Of a stretch of 64,000 nucleotides of DNA, positions 23,073 through 34,717 are shown one piece after another (positions within the stretch are counted from its first letter, which is position 1; each line of letters starts with the position of its first letter). Made by a program: the position numbers and the translations under genes. This DNA is from Anthoceros angustus (taxonomy: Eukaryota > Plantae > Anthocerotophyta). The stretch lies in contig MU008155.1 in NCBI GenBank assembly GCA_010909165.1, positions 1,364,001 through 1,428,000 of the forward strand. The letters run 5' to 3'. The notes under the pieces are model-generated. The model was not told the DNA's origin. It searched no databases and saw nothing but the letters and a program-made list of their open reading frames with translations.

Positions 23073-26000
23073 ATGGAGGTGCAAGGGTGTTGGAGTACGG
23101 TTTTTCGTAGGCAGGCAGGTGGGGTGCTGTTGCAATTGGAAGACCATAGGCTAGGCAGCCATGTCAGTCATGGGGACGTGTGGGCAGTTGCATTGCGCGT
23201 TTGTCGGATGCACCCACATGGAAGACAACGATTCTCTTACTGGGCGGGGTGGGATAGAAGTCTTCTCGGCTTCTCGGGGCTGACTTCAGGTCGTAGGGGG
23301 AGGCAAAAGCCTCGGTGCTCAGGTAAGGGAATCTCGTGAGAAGGATTTCCTCGTTGGGATATGTGTTGCGGAGCTGACCAGGGACCAGCTGCGGTACATG
23401 TGCAGGAACAGACTGGAAGAGTGCCGGGCAGTTTGTCAGTAACAAATTCTGGGATTTGAGGACTAAAGGGTTTTGGGAGGGAGCATCGATCCCGTTTGGA
23501 GGATTGAGCTTAGTGAGTAGACAGCCTGAGGCTGAGGTGCAGTTTGATTGGTTGGAGACGGAGTTGTACTTCCCGAAGGAACAAGCCGTGGATGCGAGAA
23601 CTTCGCGAGGGGACTTGTCGCCAGCTGCAATCAACGTCATCGAACAATTTAGCAGGCAAGTAAGGTTCCACTTTTATGCTTGGTATGGGATGGTGTGGGC
23701 TCAATGCTTTTCTCTCTCGAGAATAGATTATGCTTGAGGGTGGTTCTCCAGTGTTTTGATTGTAGGGTGTTGGACACTTTCCAGGATGAATGGGTTGACA
23801 GGGAAGAAGATGAGGGCCAACTTCGAGGCTATTGCTCCGGTTGGCATTCAGAATGATGCACGGAATTTGGTGGAGTTCTGCTGCTTCAGATACCTAGTGA
23901 GGAGTGGAACTGAATTTCATCCTGGGATGAAGGTTAACCTGTTTTTATTTTCACCCTCTTTCTGCTTCAGGCTTTCTGAGCTTGAATTCAAGCTTAAAAG
24001 GCACACCATGCAACATTTCTGACCTCTGTCATGGAATGTCAGGACGCTGCATTCCGCCGGCTTACATTCACAGCGATGCTGGCTTGGCAGCGCCCTTACC
24101 AAGAAGATATGATCGATGATGGTCAGCGGAGCAGCTTACCCGTATGTGTAATCACATCCTGGTGTTCTAAGATTGGTTTCCAGTTGGCTTTGCTGCATCG
24201 CTGATACAGCTCCTTGTGACTTGTGTGTGACAGAGAAGGGGCCTTGTAGCAGAAGATGCGTTTGTTCGAATTGCGCCGGCCATTGCAGGCGCTGCGGATA
24301 GACCAACAGCCCATCACCTGTTCCACGCACTTGTACAGGATCAAGAAGGGCTCGTTTTGGATGTCTGGGACAAGTATTTGTCAGAGTTGCAGGCGTGAGG
24401 CAGCCTGCCGAACCTCCTGCATGTGCTGCCTTTGAGGACAGTTTCCTTCAGGAAACAAACTTGTCTGGTTTGACTATAGAAGTACTGAGGCTAACATTGG
24501 TTTGCAGTGTGCATGAAGAACGGGAAGCTCATCGGCAACAGGAAAGTGCCACTTTAGGATTGGTGGCTGGTGAATGCGTGATATGTGTTGGAGCTAGCAG
24601 GAGACAACCTGTGCAGATGTGGAGCAAGAATCTAGCTTGGCCTGGCAGATTGACTTTGACTGACCGAGCCCTGTACTTTGAGGTCCTACACTTTTCTTTG
24701 CACGTCAGCTGTGGTTGGAAAGGATGGTGCTCATAGTTTTGGCGATATGACTTTGAAGCACACTGCACTGAGCTCAATGTTTCTCCATTGCAGGGCAATG
24801 CATTGACCGGTCACAGCAAGCCCATCAAGTTAGATCTTACAGGGGAGTCTGCAAGAGTTGAATTGAAGAAGGTTGGCCCATTCGGTGCAGGACTTTTTGA
24901 TTCGGCTATTTCAGTCTTTGCCAGTGAAGGGTAACAGATCTCTCTCTGGACCAAGGGACCGTCTTGCACTGGTCTACGTCACAGTCGGTCAGCTTCATTT
25001 ATGTTGTGCTGTGCATTTGCCTCAGATCTGAGCCCTGGGTAGTGGAGTTTGTCGACTTTGGAGGAGATAAGCGGCGGGATGTCTGGTTTGCAGTTGTTAA
25101 CGAGATCATCGCTGCTCAGTCCTTTGTTCGTGAATATGGCCCAAAGATGGATGATCCTTCGATGCACTCCGTTTACGGGTCAAGGAATGGACGGAGGAAA
25201 GCTGTAAGGAGTGCGGTTGAGGGCATTGCTAGACTCCAAGCAGTGCAGTCAACCATAGGAAAAGTTCCTACATATCCAGAACGGTTGCTGCAGTTTTCTT
25301 ACATGTCTAGTGCCCCTGGTGGGGATCTCGTGTGCCAGGCTTTGGCTGTTGGGTTCTGGGCAGGGCGAGTAGAAGGAAAACGAAAAGTAGCGGATAATGC
25401 ACCTCAGTGTGCACAAGATAATAGTGCAGATGATTCATCTGCTCTTGGCCCTCCTATTATCAGTGTCGATGGCAATGTTTACCTCAGGAAATGGATGACA
25501 TCACCTTCCTGGACGACGAGCAAGTCTAGCGCCTTTTGGAAGAGCAGAGGGACTAGGGGTCTGGTATTCGGGAAAAACCATGTGGTGGGAGGCCTGACAA
25601 GCTTAGAAAGGGCTGTGAAAACTTGCAGGGAGCAAAGCCGAGCCGTCGAGAGGACTAAAGCAACAGTAGATGGAGCTCTCCTCAAGGGCATTCCAGACAA
25701 CATAGACCTTCTCAAGGCAAGTATCTATCATATGGAGCTTCCCTGCTCGCATGCAACTGTATTCTGCCGTCAGGTGCTTACCTCTCCTCTTTGTGCAGGA
25801 ACTTCTGAATCCCTTTGTAATCATCTGTGAGCACTTACAAAAGCTGAAGCGGTGGGAAGATCCACCGGCGACAGTTATTTTCCTCGTAACTGTCATGGCG
25901 CTCCTGTACAGGTGACAGCCTTCTATCCCAGCCCCATGTTACTCGTCAGTAAGCTGTGTAACCTCTCCGGTGCTAAGGATGCACTCCCTTTGTTTCCCAG

Positions 26001-26685
26001 GAACTGGTTTCGTTTCGTATTCCCGACTATGCTGCTGGTAAGTGCCGCAATGATCTTTGGCGTCCGGGGCATGAAAGCCCGAGGCCAACTAGGCCAGGAC
26101 TTCGGCAAGGTGACAATTCTGGAGCAACCTCAGTCCAACACCATCCAACAAATCATGTCACTGAAGGACGCCCTTTCCTCTCTGGAGCACTTTCTCCAGG
26201 GCGTGAACATCGGTCTTCTCAAGTGCAGGACCTTGGGCATCTCTGGCCAACCGCAGGTGATTGAAGAGACTCCAGACCTGCTGGCCTCCAAATTCAATAA
26301 GCACATCCTCATGCCCCTCTCACTAACATCGTTTTCCTTGTTCTTCCCCTGCCTTCAGGCAACAAACGTGGTCGTTCTGGGTCTGGTGGGGCTCAGCTTG
26401 ACCCTCTTCCTGGTCCCGTTCAGGCTCCTGTTTGCTGCGTTCCTCTTGGACCAGTTCACCAACGAGCTGGAATTCCGAAGGGAAAACGTGCGGAAGACCC
26501 TGAAAATGGTCGCGGACTGGTGGGCAACCATCCCGGCCTCCCCAGTCCTGGTCGCACCGCGTGCCAAAGCCGACAGTGGCACACTCAGCCTCCCTCCGCC
26601 GCCCATAACGGAGTCTCCCTCTGCCCCGGCAACCAGCGACGCTGTAGTGCAGACTCTTCGGGAGTGGCTCGGTGAAGACATGTAA
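23073..26685 (+). CDS. Plant DUF639-family membrane protein, 11 exons
   Basis: EQFSRMNGLTGKKM...DARNLVEFCCFRYL, AMLAWQRPY, AFVRIAPAI, WPGRLTLTDRALYFE, ATVDGALLKGIPDNIDLLKEL. Exons 23073-23322, 23406-23655, 23785-23932, 24043-24141, 24234-24394, 24508-24682, 24794-24930, 25026-25716, 25799-25911, 26001-26256, 26359-26685; introns 2 and 8 are GC-AG. Confidence 0.9.
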
Positions 26686-27395
26686 AACGGGGACTCTTAC
26701 TTGGTCTGCCGTTCCTAGCACCTGGCTTGTAACATGTACATACATAGCTAGCCAACAGCCCGCTTTTAGAAAGCTGCGCCTGCCTGGACTGGACACTCGT
26801 GCCGTCTCCACAAGCTGGCTTCGAGTTCTCGCCTCCCTGGCCTGTTTAGCAAAACAAGATTGGCGGATGAGATCCACAGTTGCATCAGACCAACGGCTTG
26901 CAGTTGATCTGAGCAGGACACAGCAGCCCTGGCTGGAGTCGAGGTGGAATACGACAAAGGCAGAAGTGAAAGTACGTCACGCGACCTGGAGAGCTGGAGC
27001 GGGAGGCGAACTGTGTCGGAAACGCGTCGGGCCGTCTCTCACATGCAGAGGGAGACGCTATGGTCCACGCTGTCCGCACTCTGGCCCGGTCATGATGCCC
27101 GACCCAATCCCACAACGCCCACCGGGCGCAGCAAGCGCGGATTCTGCGGACCGCGGGCATTCAGTGCGCATCCAGTGTGGGCACTGCTGGCCCGATGGAT
27201 GACGCTGCGGCTTGTGTGCTTGTATATGGACCCAATCAAAACCAGCCCTTGTGCGCTCTGCAATGCGGCTTATACAGTGGCAGCAGTAGGTGGCAGCAGC
27301 AGCAGTAGCGCAAAGCCCCGCACTTCTTTGATCCCGCGCTGAAGCTGCAAGAAGCGGGGTTGCGCAGGTGCAAGAAAGGGAGGGAGGAGTTTGGT

Positions 27396-27423
27396 GGGTT
27401 GGGTTGGGTTGGGTCGGGTTGGG
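27396..27423 (+). promoter_or_regulatory. (GGGTT)n-type potential G-quadruplex upstream of the 5-phosphatase gene
   Basis: GGGTTGGGTTGGGTTGGGTCGGGTTGGG: six G3 tracts with 2-nt loops. Function is inferred only. Confidence 0.5.
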
Positions 27424-27479
27424 CGCAGCCCCATGGTCGGGGGGAGCAGGTGAGGGGAGGAAGGAAGTGCATGGGCAAG

Positions 27480-29602
27480 ATGGGTTGCGGGGCAGCATTG
27501 CTTCCCGGCTGGAGCGCACCACTCTGGGCAGCTGGCGGGTGGGGAAGGCGGCAGGAGATGCCGCGGCAGGCGGAGAGGAAACGGCTGCACCGGATCCCGA
27601 GCGGGCCTGCCGCGTCACGGTGCACATTCTGGCGGCCAAGGGCCTGCGGAGGAAGGAGGGCGGGCCGGACGTCAGGGGAGCCCGTCTTCCAGCTGCAGGT
27701 GGAAGAGGTGGTGCGCAGATGGCGATGGCGAGGAGGAGGGGAGGAGGAGGAAGGAGGATTCGGCAACGTTGGCAACCGCGGCGTCGGAGGAGGAGCCTGA
27801 GGCCGGGGTCGTGGCCGTAGCCGTGAACCAGAGCTTCAGCTTCCCGGTGAAGGAGCCGCAGCGGGCGTGGGTGTCGGTGCAGGTGTCGGAGCGGCGGGGG
27901 ATGCTGGGCATGCGGGACGTGGTCCTGGGCCGGGTCGGCAGGACCACGGTGCGGGAGCTCCTGGCGGGCGGGGCGGGACGGCGGGAAGCGCGGGAGCGGA
28001 ACAGAGGCCGGGGCGCGCTGGTACCCGCTGCTGGGGAGGACGGGAGACGGCCATGCCGGGAAGCTGCTGATGCAGATCGTGGCGACGGTGGCGGAGGCGG
28101 AGGAGCGGGTGTCGGCCTTCGTGGGGAGCTGGAACGTGGGGAACGCGCGGCCCCCGGCGGACCTCTCCCCCTGGATCCCCCGCGGGCTGGAGCACGACAT
28201 TGTGGCCATCGGGAGCCAGGAATGCGAGTACCAGCCGCGGGCTCCCTTCTCCGACTGCGGGACGGACTGGGTGGAGACTCTCCGCGCGCACCTGGGGCAA
28301 CGATACATCCTCCTCCAGGCCGTGTCCCGGAGCCAGATGCGGCTGGCCGTGTTCGTGCGGGACGGCGCACAGCGGGCCGTGAGCGAGGTGGAGACGGCGA
28401 GCGAGGCCACGGGCGTCGGGCACGTGGTGGCCAACAAGGGCGGCGTGTGCATCGCCTTCAAGTTCTGGGACACGGGCTTGTGCTTCGTCAACTGCCACTT
28501 CGCCGCGCACGCCGGGCAGTGCGAGGCCAGGAACGGGAACTTCAGGGAGATCGCGGACCAGATAAGGGTAGGAATCCCCGGGGTGGATATCCTCAACCAG
28601 TTCCACCATGTCTTCTGGCTGGGGGATTTGAACTACCGGCTGGACGTGGGGGGCGAGGGCAACGGCTCCAAGCACCAGCAGCAGGAGCAGTGGAGGAGCG
28701 TGGTGGAGCACATCAGGGAAGGGAAGTTGGCGGGGCTTCTGCAGCGGGACGAGCTAGGGCGGGAGAAAGCCGCGTCCAGGGTTTTGCACGGGTTTCGGGA
28801 GGGGGAGATCACCTTCGCCCCGACCTTCAAGGTGAAGCGGGACCTGGTGGAGGGGTATGAGGAGAAGCGGGTGCCGGCGTGGTGCGATAGAATTCTGTGG
28901 AAGGATCTCCCGGGGTGCGCTGCGGAGTTGGATTCCTATACCTCGGCTCCCGGAATGCTCACCAGCGACCACAAGCCCGTGGCCGCGACATTCCGGTTCA
29001 CGGCCCGGGCCATGCCGTGCGCGAGCCCGTCCGCGGGCAGGCCCCAGGCGGAACAGGACAACAGGTGGAACATCCATTTCACGGCGCTGCGGGCCAGGGA
29101 TCTGCGGCCGGCGGATATCAACGGCTTATCGGACCCCTACGTGTCGTTCGTCGGGCCTGTGCTGCTGCAGGAGGTGCACTCCAAGGTGAAGCCGCGGACG
29201 CTGAACCCGGTGTGGGAGCCCGCGCAGGACCTGCCCCCGCTCGTGCTCTCGGTCATGACGCTGGAGCGGGTGAGGATGAATTTTTTGCCGGTGCGGGTGC
29301 TGGATCGGGACTACACCTCCGCGGATGATCATATGGCGTATGGTGTCATCCCGCTGGCCGGGTTGGTGGATGCGTTCGACCGCGGCGTGCAGGAGCAGGA
29401 GGCGGCCGCTACCTTCCAGGTGGAGCTCACCTTCAAGGGCCTTCCGGCGGGGGTGTTGGAGGGCGCCTTCCGACTCTCCTTCCAGCCGAGCAACACCAGG
29501 AAGAAGAGCCGCATGCGATCCGCGCTCATGGACCGCACGATCAGCCTCCGAGACAGCGTTTTCAAGCAAATGCTGTCCAGGCGGCATGTGGACGGAGTAT
29601 AA
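27480..29602 (+). CDS. Inositol polyphosphate 5-phosphatase with N- and C-terminal C2 domains; intronless; ~4 apparent frameshifts in the first ~550 bp
   Basis: Catalytic motifs VGSWNVG, GSQEC, NKGGV, FVNCHFAAH, FWLGDLNYRL, PAWCDRIL, SDHKPV. C-terminal C2: ARDLRPADINGLSDPYV...TLNPVW...VLDRDYTSADD. N-terminal C2 pieces in successive frames: VTVHILAAKGL / EPVFQLQV / NQSFSFPV..VSVQVSE / WYPLLG...GKLLMQI. Confidence 0.9.
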
Positions 29603-30131
29603 ACAGCGGCGGGTCCAGTTTGTTTATTCCTACTCCCGGTCTGGAGCAGTAAGTACATACCTACTGGGTTTGCTTACTAGTATCTTCTCATGCTCGGGCT
29701 CCGGGCAGGTGATGGATATTCCTCACGCATGTTCCTTGTCCGCCAACTGTGTTATGAGAAAAAGGGAATCCTTGACCATCACTTGGCACTGGGAGAAGAA
29801 AGACGATATCCCAGAACAGCACAGAGACGTACTTGGCTTTATTCCTCTATGTATGTAACTGGTTTTCTGCCTTGTTTCCTCGGTGGGAGGTGTCGTCCCC
29901 TCTTATCACTCTCGGCCTGACAGCCTTTGCGGTTTGACCCAAACAATGCTCCACTTGGGAGACGGCAGGAAATTGTTTGTTATACATTGTGCACTGGCTG
30001 CATGCCATAGGGCCCCAGCACATGTGTTCTTATAATCAAAGACTGTACACGCATAAGTGCATATGCGCAAGTATGGTGGCTAGACTACTTGTGCATCCTG
30101 TGGTGTGCGGCATTCCGAAAGCTAGGGAGGG

Positions 30132-31326
30132 TCAGTCTTTGTACGTCACAATGCGGCCCCATGTGGATTTGGTTCCCCATATTCCAGAGCGTAGGCACTC
30201 AAGCTGCACTATCTGAGAGTGGTCCACAAAAAGGTTCACCTGGCCAACACGAGTACTTTGAGATGAAATACTAGTGCCCTGATTTGTTTCAAGCGGCTTG
30301 TTCTAGAATTCCAAGATTGAGACGGAGAATTTCACTTACCCTCGGTCCGTAGTTTTTGATGTACCACTCGAACACTTTTGGATCAGCAGCTTCGAACATG
30401 GTCTTCTCTAGACCCAAATTCTCCACAATCTTGGCCACCACATCTGTACGCCAGCTGCTCACGTTCTCAGTGATGCCCTCGGATTCGATCATGATCATGT
30501 CAGCGCCCGCGTCCAAACATCTCTCTGCGCGGCTGATGACCCACTCCGCGTCTCGAGTGCCTGTACCACCACCCAGTGCAGACCATCACCCGTGAGAAGG
30601 AAATTCTCCGGGTCTGAAGCACCGAGCCATCCATTGATTACCTTCCGACGCCAGCTCTTCTGCACTCGTGCCACCGCCTGCGCCGAACTGGATCCCGAGC
30701 TCTGCCTTCGCCTTCAGGCCAACATTCTTCACTGTCCTGATAAGCTGCAGATGGTCCTCTTCAGGAAGGCTGATGAAGCCCGTGCTCAGCTCCACTACGT
30801 CGAACCCCAGCTCCTTGCACTCCTGCAATCACACGGCAACTGATGCAATGAGCAGGCGTGATGTCATTACCTTGGTGCATGCGCCCGCAGCTGGGATTCA
30901 GTCACACCTTCAACCTTTTACCTGTACATAAGGCTTGAAGAATTTCCGTCCTTTGGCCAGCACATGCTCAGCCCATCCTCCTGTGCTCACGTACACTCCG
31001 TTCTCATGAGCCAGCTCATTGATCTTCTTCACCACATCCCTCGGCATGAGACTGAAGGAGCCTCCAGCGAACTTGAGCCCGTCCACATAGTGCCCCACAC
31101 TATCCAGAATGCCCTGATCACAAGCCAGGTAGTTCTTCTGCGTCAGGAATATATGTGCGTTGTCTCTCGAACACGGAAGTTCTGTGCAGAGCTTACTAAC
31201 CTCTAGATAGCGGGGTCCCATGACCGTGTAGTAAGGTCCTCGAATCTCCGTGATTCCATATGATCGAGGCTTGTCTGGCCTCTCGTTCACATCTACAAAG
31301 CTGCAGCACCGCGTCGGCCTCGGCAT
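30132..31326 (-). CDS. HSA32: HSA32 / phosphosulfolactate synthase (ComA)-like protein, 5 exons, 275 aa
   Basis: RPDKPRSYGITEIRGPYY, VDGLKFAGGS, ECKELGFDVVELS, AGADMIMIESEG, TMFEAADPKV, VNLFVDHSQIVQLECLR. Exons 31326-31201, 31113-30922, 30822-30642, 30560-30340, 30239-30132 total 828 nt; all GT-AG. Confidence 0.95.
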
Positions 31327-31579
31327 GCTTACTTGTTTGCGTCTTGCACAACTCCTGCCTGGACGCACATACTACATATCCGCTTCCCACACTCGCCTAG
31401 ACATTAAACAACTTGCGCATCCGGAATCCAGATCCTGGTCTGTCCAAGCCACGTCTGAGTGCATGCATCGGGCCAGCTCGCGCAGCGCATTTCGCGCTCC
31501 TAATGCCAGACTGTCAGCGGAAACCTAGTGAAGCGGATAGAGTGGGTCCCTTCCTGATTATTTGGACGGCAAAACCTGG

Positions 31580-33017
31580 TCAAAAGCGGACTGTCCTACT
31601 GCTGATCTGATGGGCCCTTGCTTGAAGAGGCTTCAATGGTCCATCTCCTACAGACTTCCCAGCCTTGCTTCGCTGCTTCGATGGCTTGGAAGATTTCTTC
31701 TCCTCTTCCCTGTCCTCGTTCTCCTGGTCGCTGACCACATCATCAAACGTCCCGGCTGGGTCAAAATCGTCTTCCAAGTCATCACCACTTGCGAACACAG
31801 TCCGCTTTCCTCCGTTACTGGATGCCAGAGCCCCGCCTGCAGCTGGACGAAGGGGCAGACACGCAAGTTGGGGATGAGTTTCACATGGGGGAGAAGGTAA
31901 GATGCACTGCAGAGTAGAAGTGATGCAGCCAGAGCCACCAACTTACATATCTTCATCTTAGTACGACCAGCTGCTCCGGGCTTTGCCTTCCCCTTGTCAG
32001 GACAATCCTTCGCCAAGTGGGTAACCCCTCCACAGATTTTACACGAGCCACCCTGCGAATGGCAGACCCCATTGATTATGGCTCATCTTTAAACAGGCCT
32101 CAACCTTCACATAACCGATGCAAGGAACTGGAGGTGGAGCAGTTTCGCTGTCTACCTTGGGATAAATGCCGTGTGTGCTGGAAGGACAGTTCTTGCTCAA
32201 ATGACCTGTCTGCTTGCACAAGAAGCACTCTGCAAAGGACGTCCCTCCTGACACACGGCCATGACCGGACGGCAGGTCAGTCGCTGGTGAGCCAACCTGG
32301 TTGAGCAAGTGCTGACAAAAAGACTGTGGCCGGCGGGTGGAATAAGGGTTCACCATCCTTCAGGGGTTTCTTGCACTCAGCCAGTCGGTGGCCTCCTTCC
32401 CCGCAGTTGTAGCAGAATTTGGCGTCCTGAGTAAACTCGTTCGGACACGACTTCAATGTGTGACCCCATTGCCGGCAACCGAGGCATATCTGCGAGCAGA
32501 CAAACAAGGGCATCATCAGCTTCGTCGCCATCCCTTCGCTGAAAGCAGCATCCTGGCCTTCACGAACAGAACCATGGCTCACCTTCTTCCGGTCCTGCGC
32601 AATTTTCTGAGGGCAGTCTTTCGCAATGTGGTCCTTGGATTTGCACATGAAGCAGCCTTCACCTGGCTTGTGTCCGGGCGTTCGCAGTGGATGCTTCCTC
32701 TTCACCTTCTCCCGCTTCTTGCCCTGGTCGTCACTGCCATCAGGCATCCCGGCCGAACTCTCTGGTACTGGCTCTTGCCCCTTGGCATCCCCCTCGGTAC
32801 CGGTGACTTTCGTGTTGCTCTTCAACTTCTTTCGCGCTGCGCTTCCTCCGTCCTCTGCACTGCCCCGTTTCTTTCCGGCCTTCTCCTGTGTAGTCTTGGC
32901 CGCAGCTGCACCATCCTTGTCCCCTTTCTCTATCCTCCTTTTCAATGCTTTCTCTCCGCTCTCTGGGTGCAGCTCTTGGAAGCGCTTTTTAGCTAGCCGC
33001 TGCCGCTTGTTCGCCAT
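31580..33017 (-). CDS. CCHC zinc-knuckle protein (five knuckles, K/R-rich ends), 5 exons
   Basis: MANKRQRLAKKRF start; HPLRTPGHKPGEG-CFMCKSKDHIAKDC, CLGCRQWGHTLKSC, CYNCGEGGHRLAEC, CFLCKQTGHLSKNC, CKICGGVTHLAKDC; SGDDLEDDF tail. Exons 33017-32583, 32489-32354, 32247-32156, 32052-31947, 31836-31580. Confidence 0.92.
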
Positions 33018-33473
33018 ATCCTTGTCCGCAACCGATTGCAAATGCCAGGGACGGTGCACATGACCTAATGGTCTCTTACACGAGATGATGTCGGGCTCCG
33101 CTGAGCCCTTTCCCCAAATGGCGGCCGTGTCACAGGTGCAAGTAAGCGTGTCTGCCTACGGCTCCGGTTTGTACTATCTACAGTAGTTGTGGCCCTCGAG
33201 ATTCAAAAGCTTGCATGAACGTCTAAAGAACACCACACACAGTTCACATATCTCCAGCCCCGTAGCCAGCCCTGTGGAAGATAGTTTCTTGCACCACGGG
33301 AAGACCGACACAGTCCGATACTTTTGCTAAGCAAAATGGGGAGTCTTCATGTAATATACAAAGATGTGTAATCCCATCCACACCGATCCATCGTGAAAAG
33401 GAGCCTAACGTGAGTTGGAGTTCTACTCTCCTGCCTCTCCTACCGCACCTACTCCTCCTGCCTGTTGCTTCAA

Positions 33474-34085
33474 CTAAGCAACAGGCAGCAAGACTTCATT
33501 GGTCTTCAGAAAGCTAAGAGTGAAAGGTGGGTTGTATCTAGCCAGGATGGAGTCCCCAGTGACCGTATACCCTGCCTGCTGCAAAGCTTCCCTCAGCCTC
33601 TCCCGTTTCTTCTCCACCAGCTGCTCACTTGCCGACCCAGAGAAGGTGATCACGCCAAACTTCCTGCCCGGAATCTCCCTTATGGCTACGGCTTCATCAG
33701 TGGGTTTAGGAACATTCTGGAGGTTGTAATTGGAAGGCAGAATAAACTGCATGGTGATGAGACCCCCCTTCTCTTCTGTCACGACTGGAGCAGTCATGGC
33801 AATTTTCTCTGCCTTGGCCTGCTGGGTGATGACGGGGGCTGTCATGGCTATCTTCTCTGCCTCCCCTTCCTTCGCTCCTGTCGACTTAACATTCTTCGGG
33901 TTACCCAGAGCTCCTATGAAATTTGCCAGCGTCATAAACGCTTTGCCCTCTTTAACTTGGGCTGGGTCGTAGGAAGTTTCTGCGATCAGCCAAGGCTCAT
34001 ATTCTCTTATCTCGTAGTCGGCTTCCTTGGCTACCACAGTGTACTTGGGAGTCTCTACAGTAATCCTGCCCAATACCATACCCAT
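33474..34085 (-). CDS. SOUL heme-binding protein (HBP2-like), intronless, 203 aa
   Basis: MGMVLGRITVETPKY...YEIREY, KIAMTAPV twice, TMQFILP, ARYNPP...TNEV. Confidence 0.95.
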   Translation of the reverse strand: MGMVLGRITVETPKYTVVAKEADYEIREYEPWLIAETSYDPAQVKEGKAFMTLANFIGALGNPKNVKSTGAKEGEAEKIAMTAPVITQQAKAEKIAMTAPVVTEEKGGLITMQFILPSNYNLQNVPKPTDEAVAIREIPGRKFGVITFSGSASEQLVEKKRERLREALQQAGYTVTGDSILARYNPPFTLSFLKTNEVLLPVA

Positions 34086-34717
34086 TCTGGAGAACGTAGT
34101 TCCTGGCTCCTGCCAACAACCCACTCTCAGCTCCACACTTTCGGTCTTTCCGACTCAACCATGACACAAGCATCACACAAACATAGTACTGGCAGCCTTT
34201 ACAACTCACAGCAACCTCGGTGTGCCCCCGTTGTCTCGTCCACTCGGTCTCGGACCTGATGAATCCGATGAAGTTTCGTTTGAAACAGCACGTGAGTGAG
34301 TGACCTACCCGCTCTGAAAGAAACCACTCCTTTTCCCGTGCCTTAGTTTGACACCACAAGTACCTCGGAGCTCGAGCCTATGTTACCCGTCCACGTTGTA
34401 GCGAACCAGCTGACATGGCAGGGCGCGATGTCAAAATTTAAATACAATTAAATCTGCTTAACGTCATGAGGTGTTCTCGATCTTTACTTAAGGCTCAGGA
34501 TGCCTAGTCCCATGATGGCTCAGATCTTGACCAACAAAACCCTCACCTCCCTCTTTACTTTCTCCTTACTTTTGAGTCGTCTAGATCTGTGTGGGCTGAT
34601 GGCTCTATTTCTTGTTGGTATGTCAAGACCTCCATGTGGCTGAAGCCATACTACTTTAGTCCTTCTACTCTCCCTATTTGGCCACCCTTCAATTACCCGA
34701 TTCCCTCCCTACACCAG

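Noticed and set aside
27480-28030. Programmed ribosomal frameshifting in the 5-phosphatase gene
   Set aside because: Four successive shifts with no clear slippery heptamers; indel error is far simpler.
27058-28860. Long overlapping ORFs (27058-28596 minus, 27836-28711 minus, most of 27769-28860 plus)
   Set aside because: Stop-poor shadows of the GC-rich 5-phosphatase gene; low-complexity P/A/R products without domains.
33770-33860. Internal KIAMTAPV duplication in the SOUL protein
   Set aside because: Known feature of plant HBP2-type SOUL proteins; not novel.
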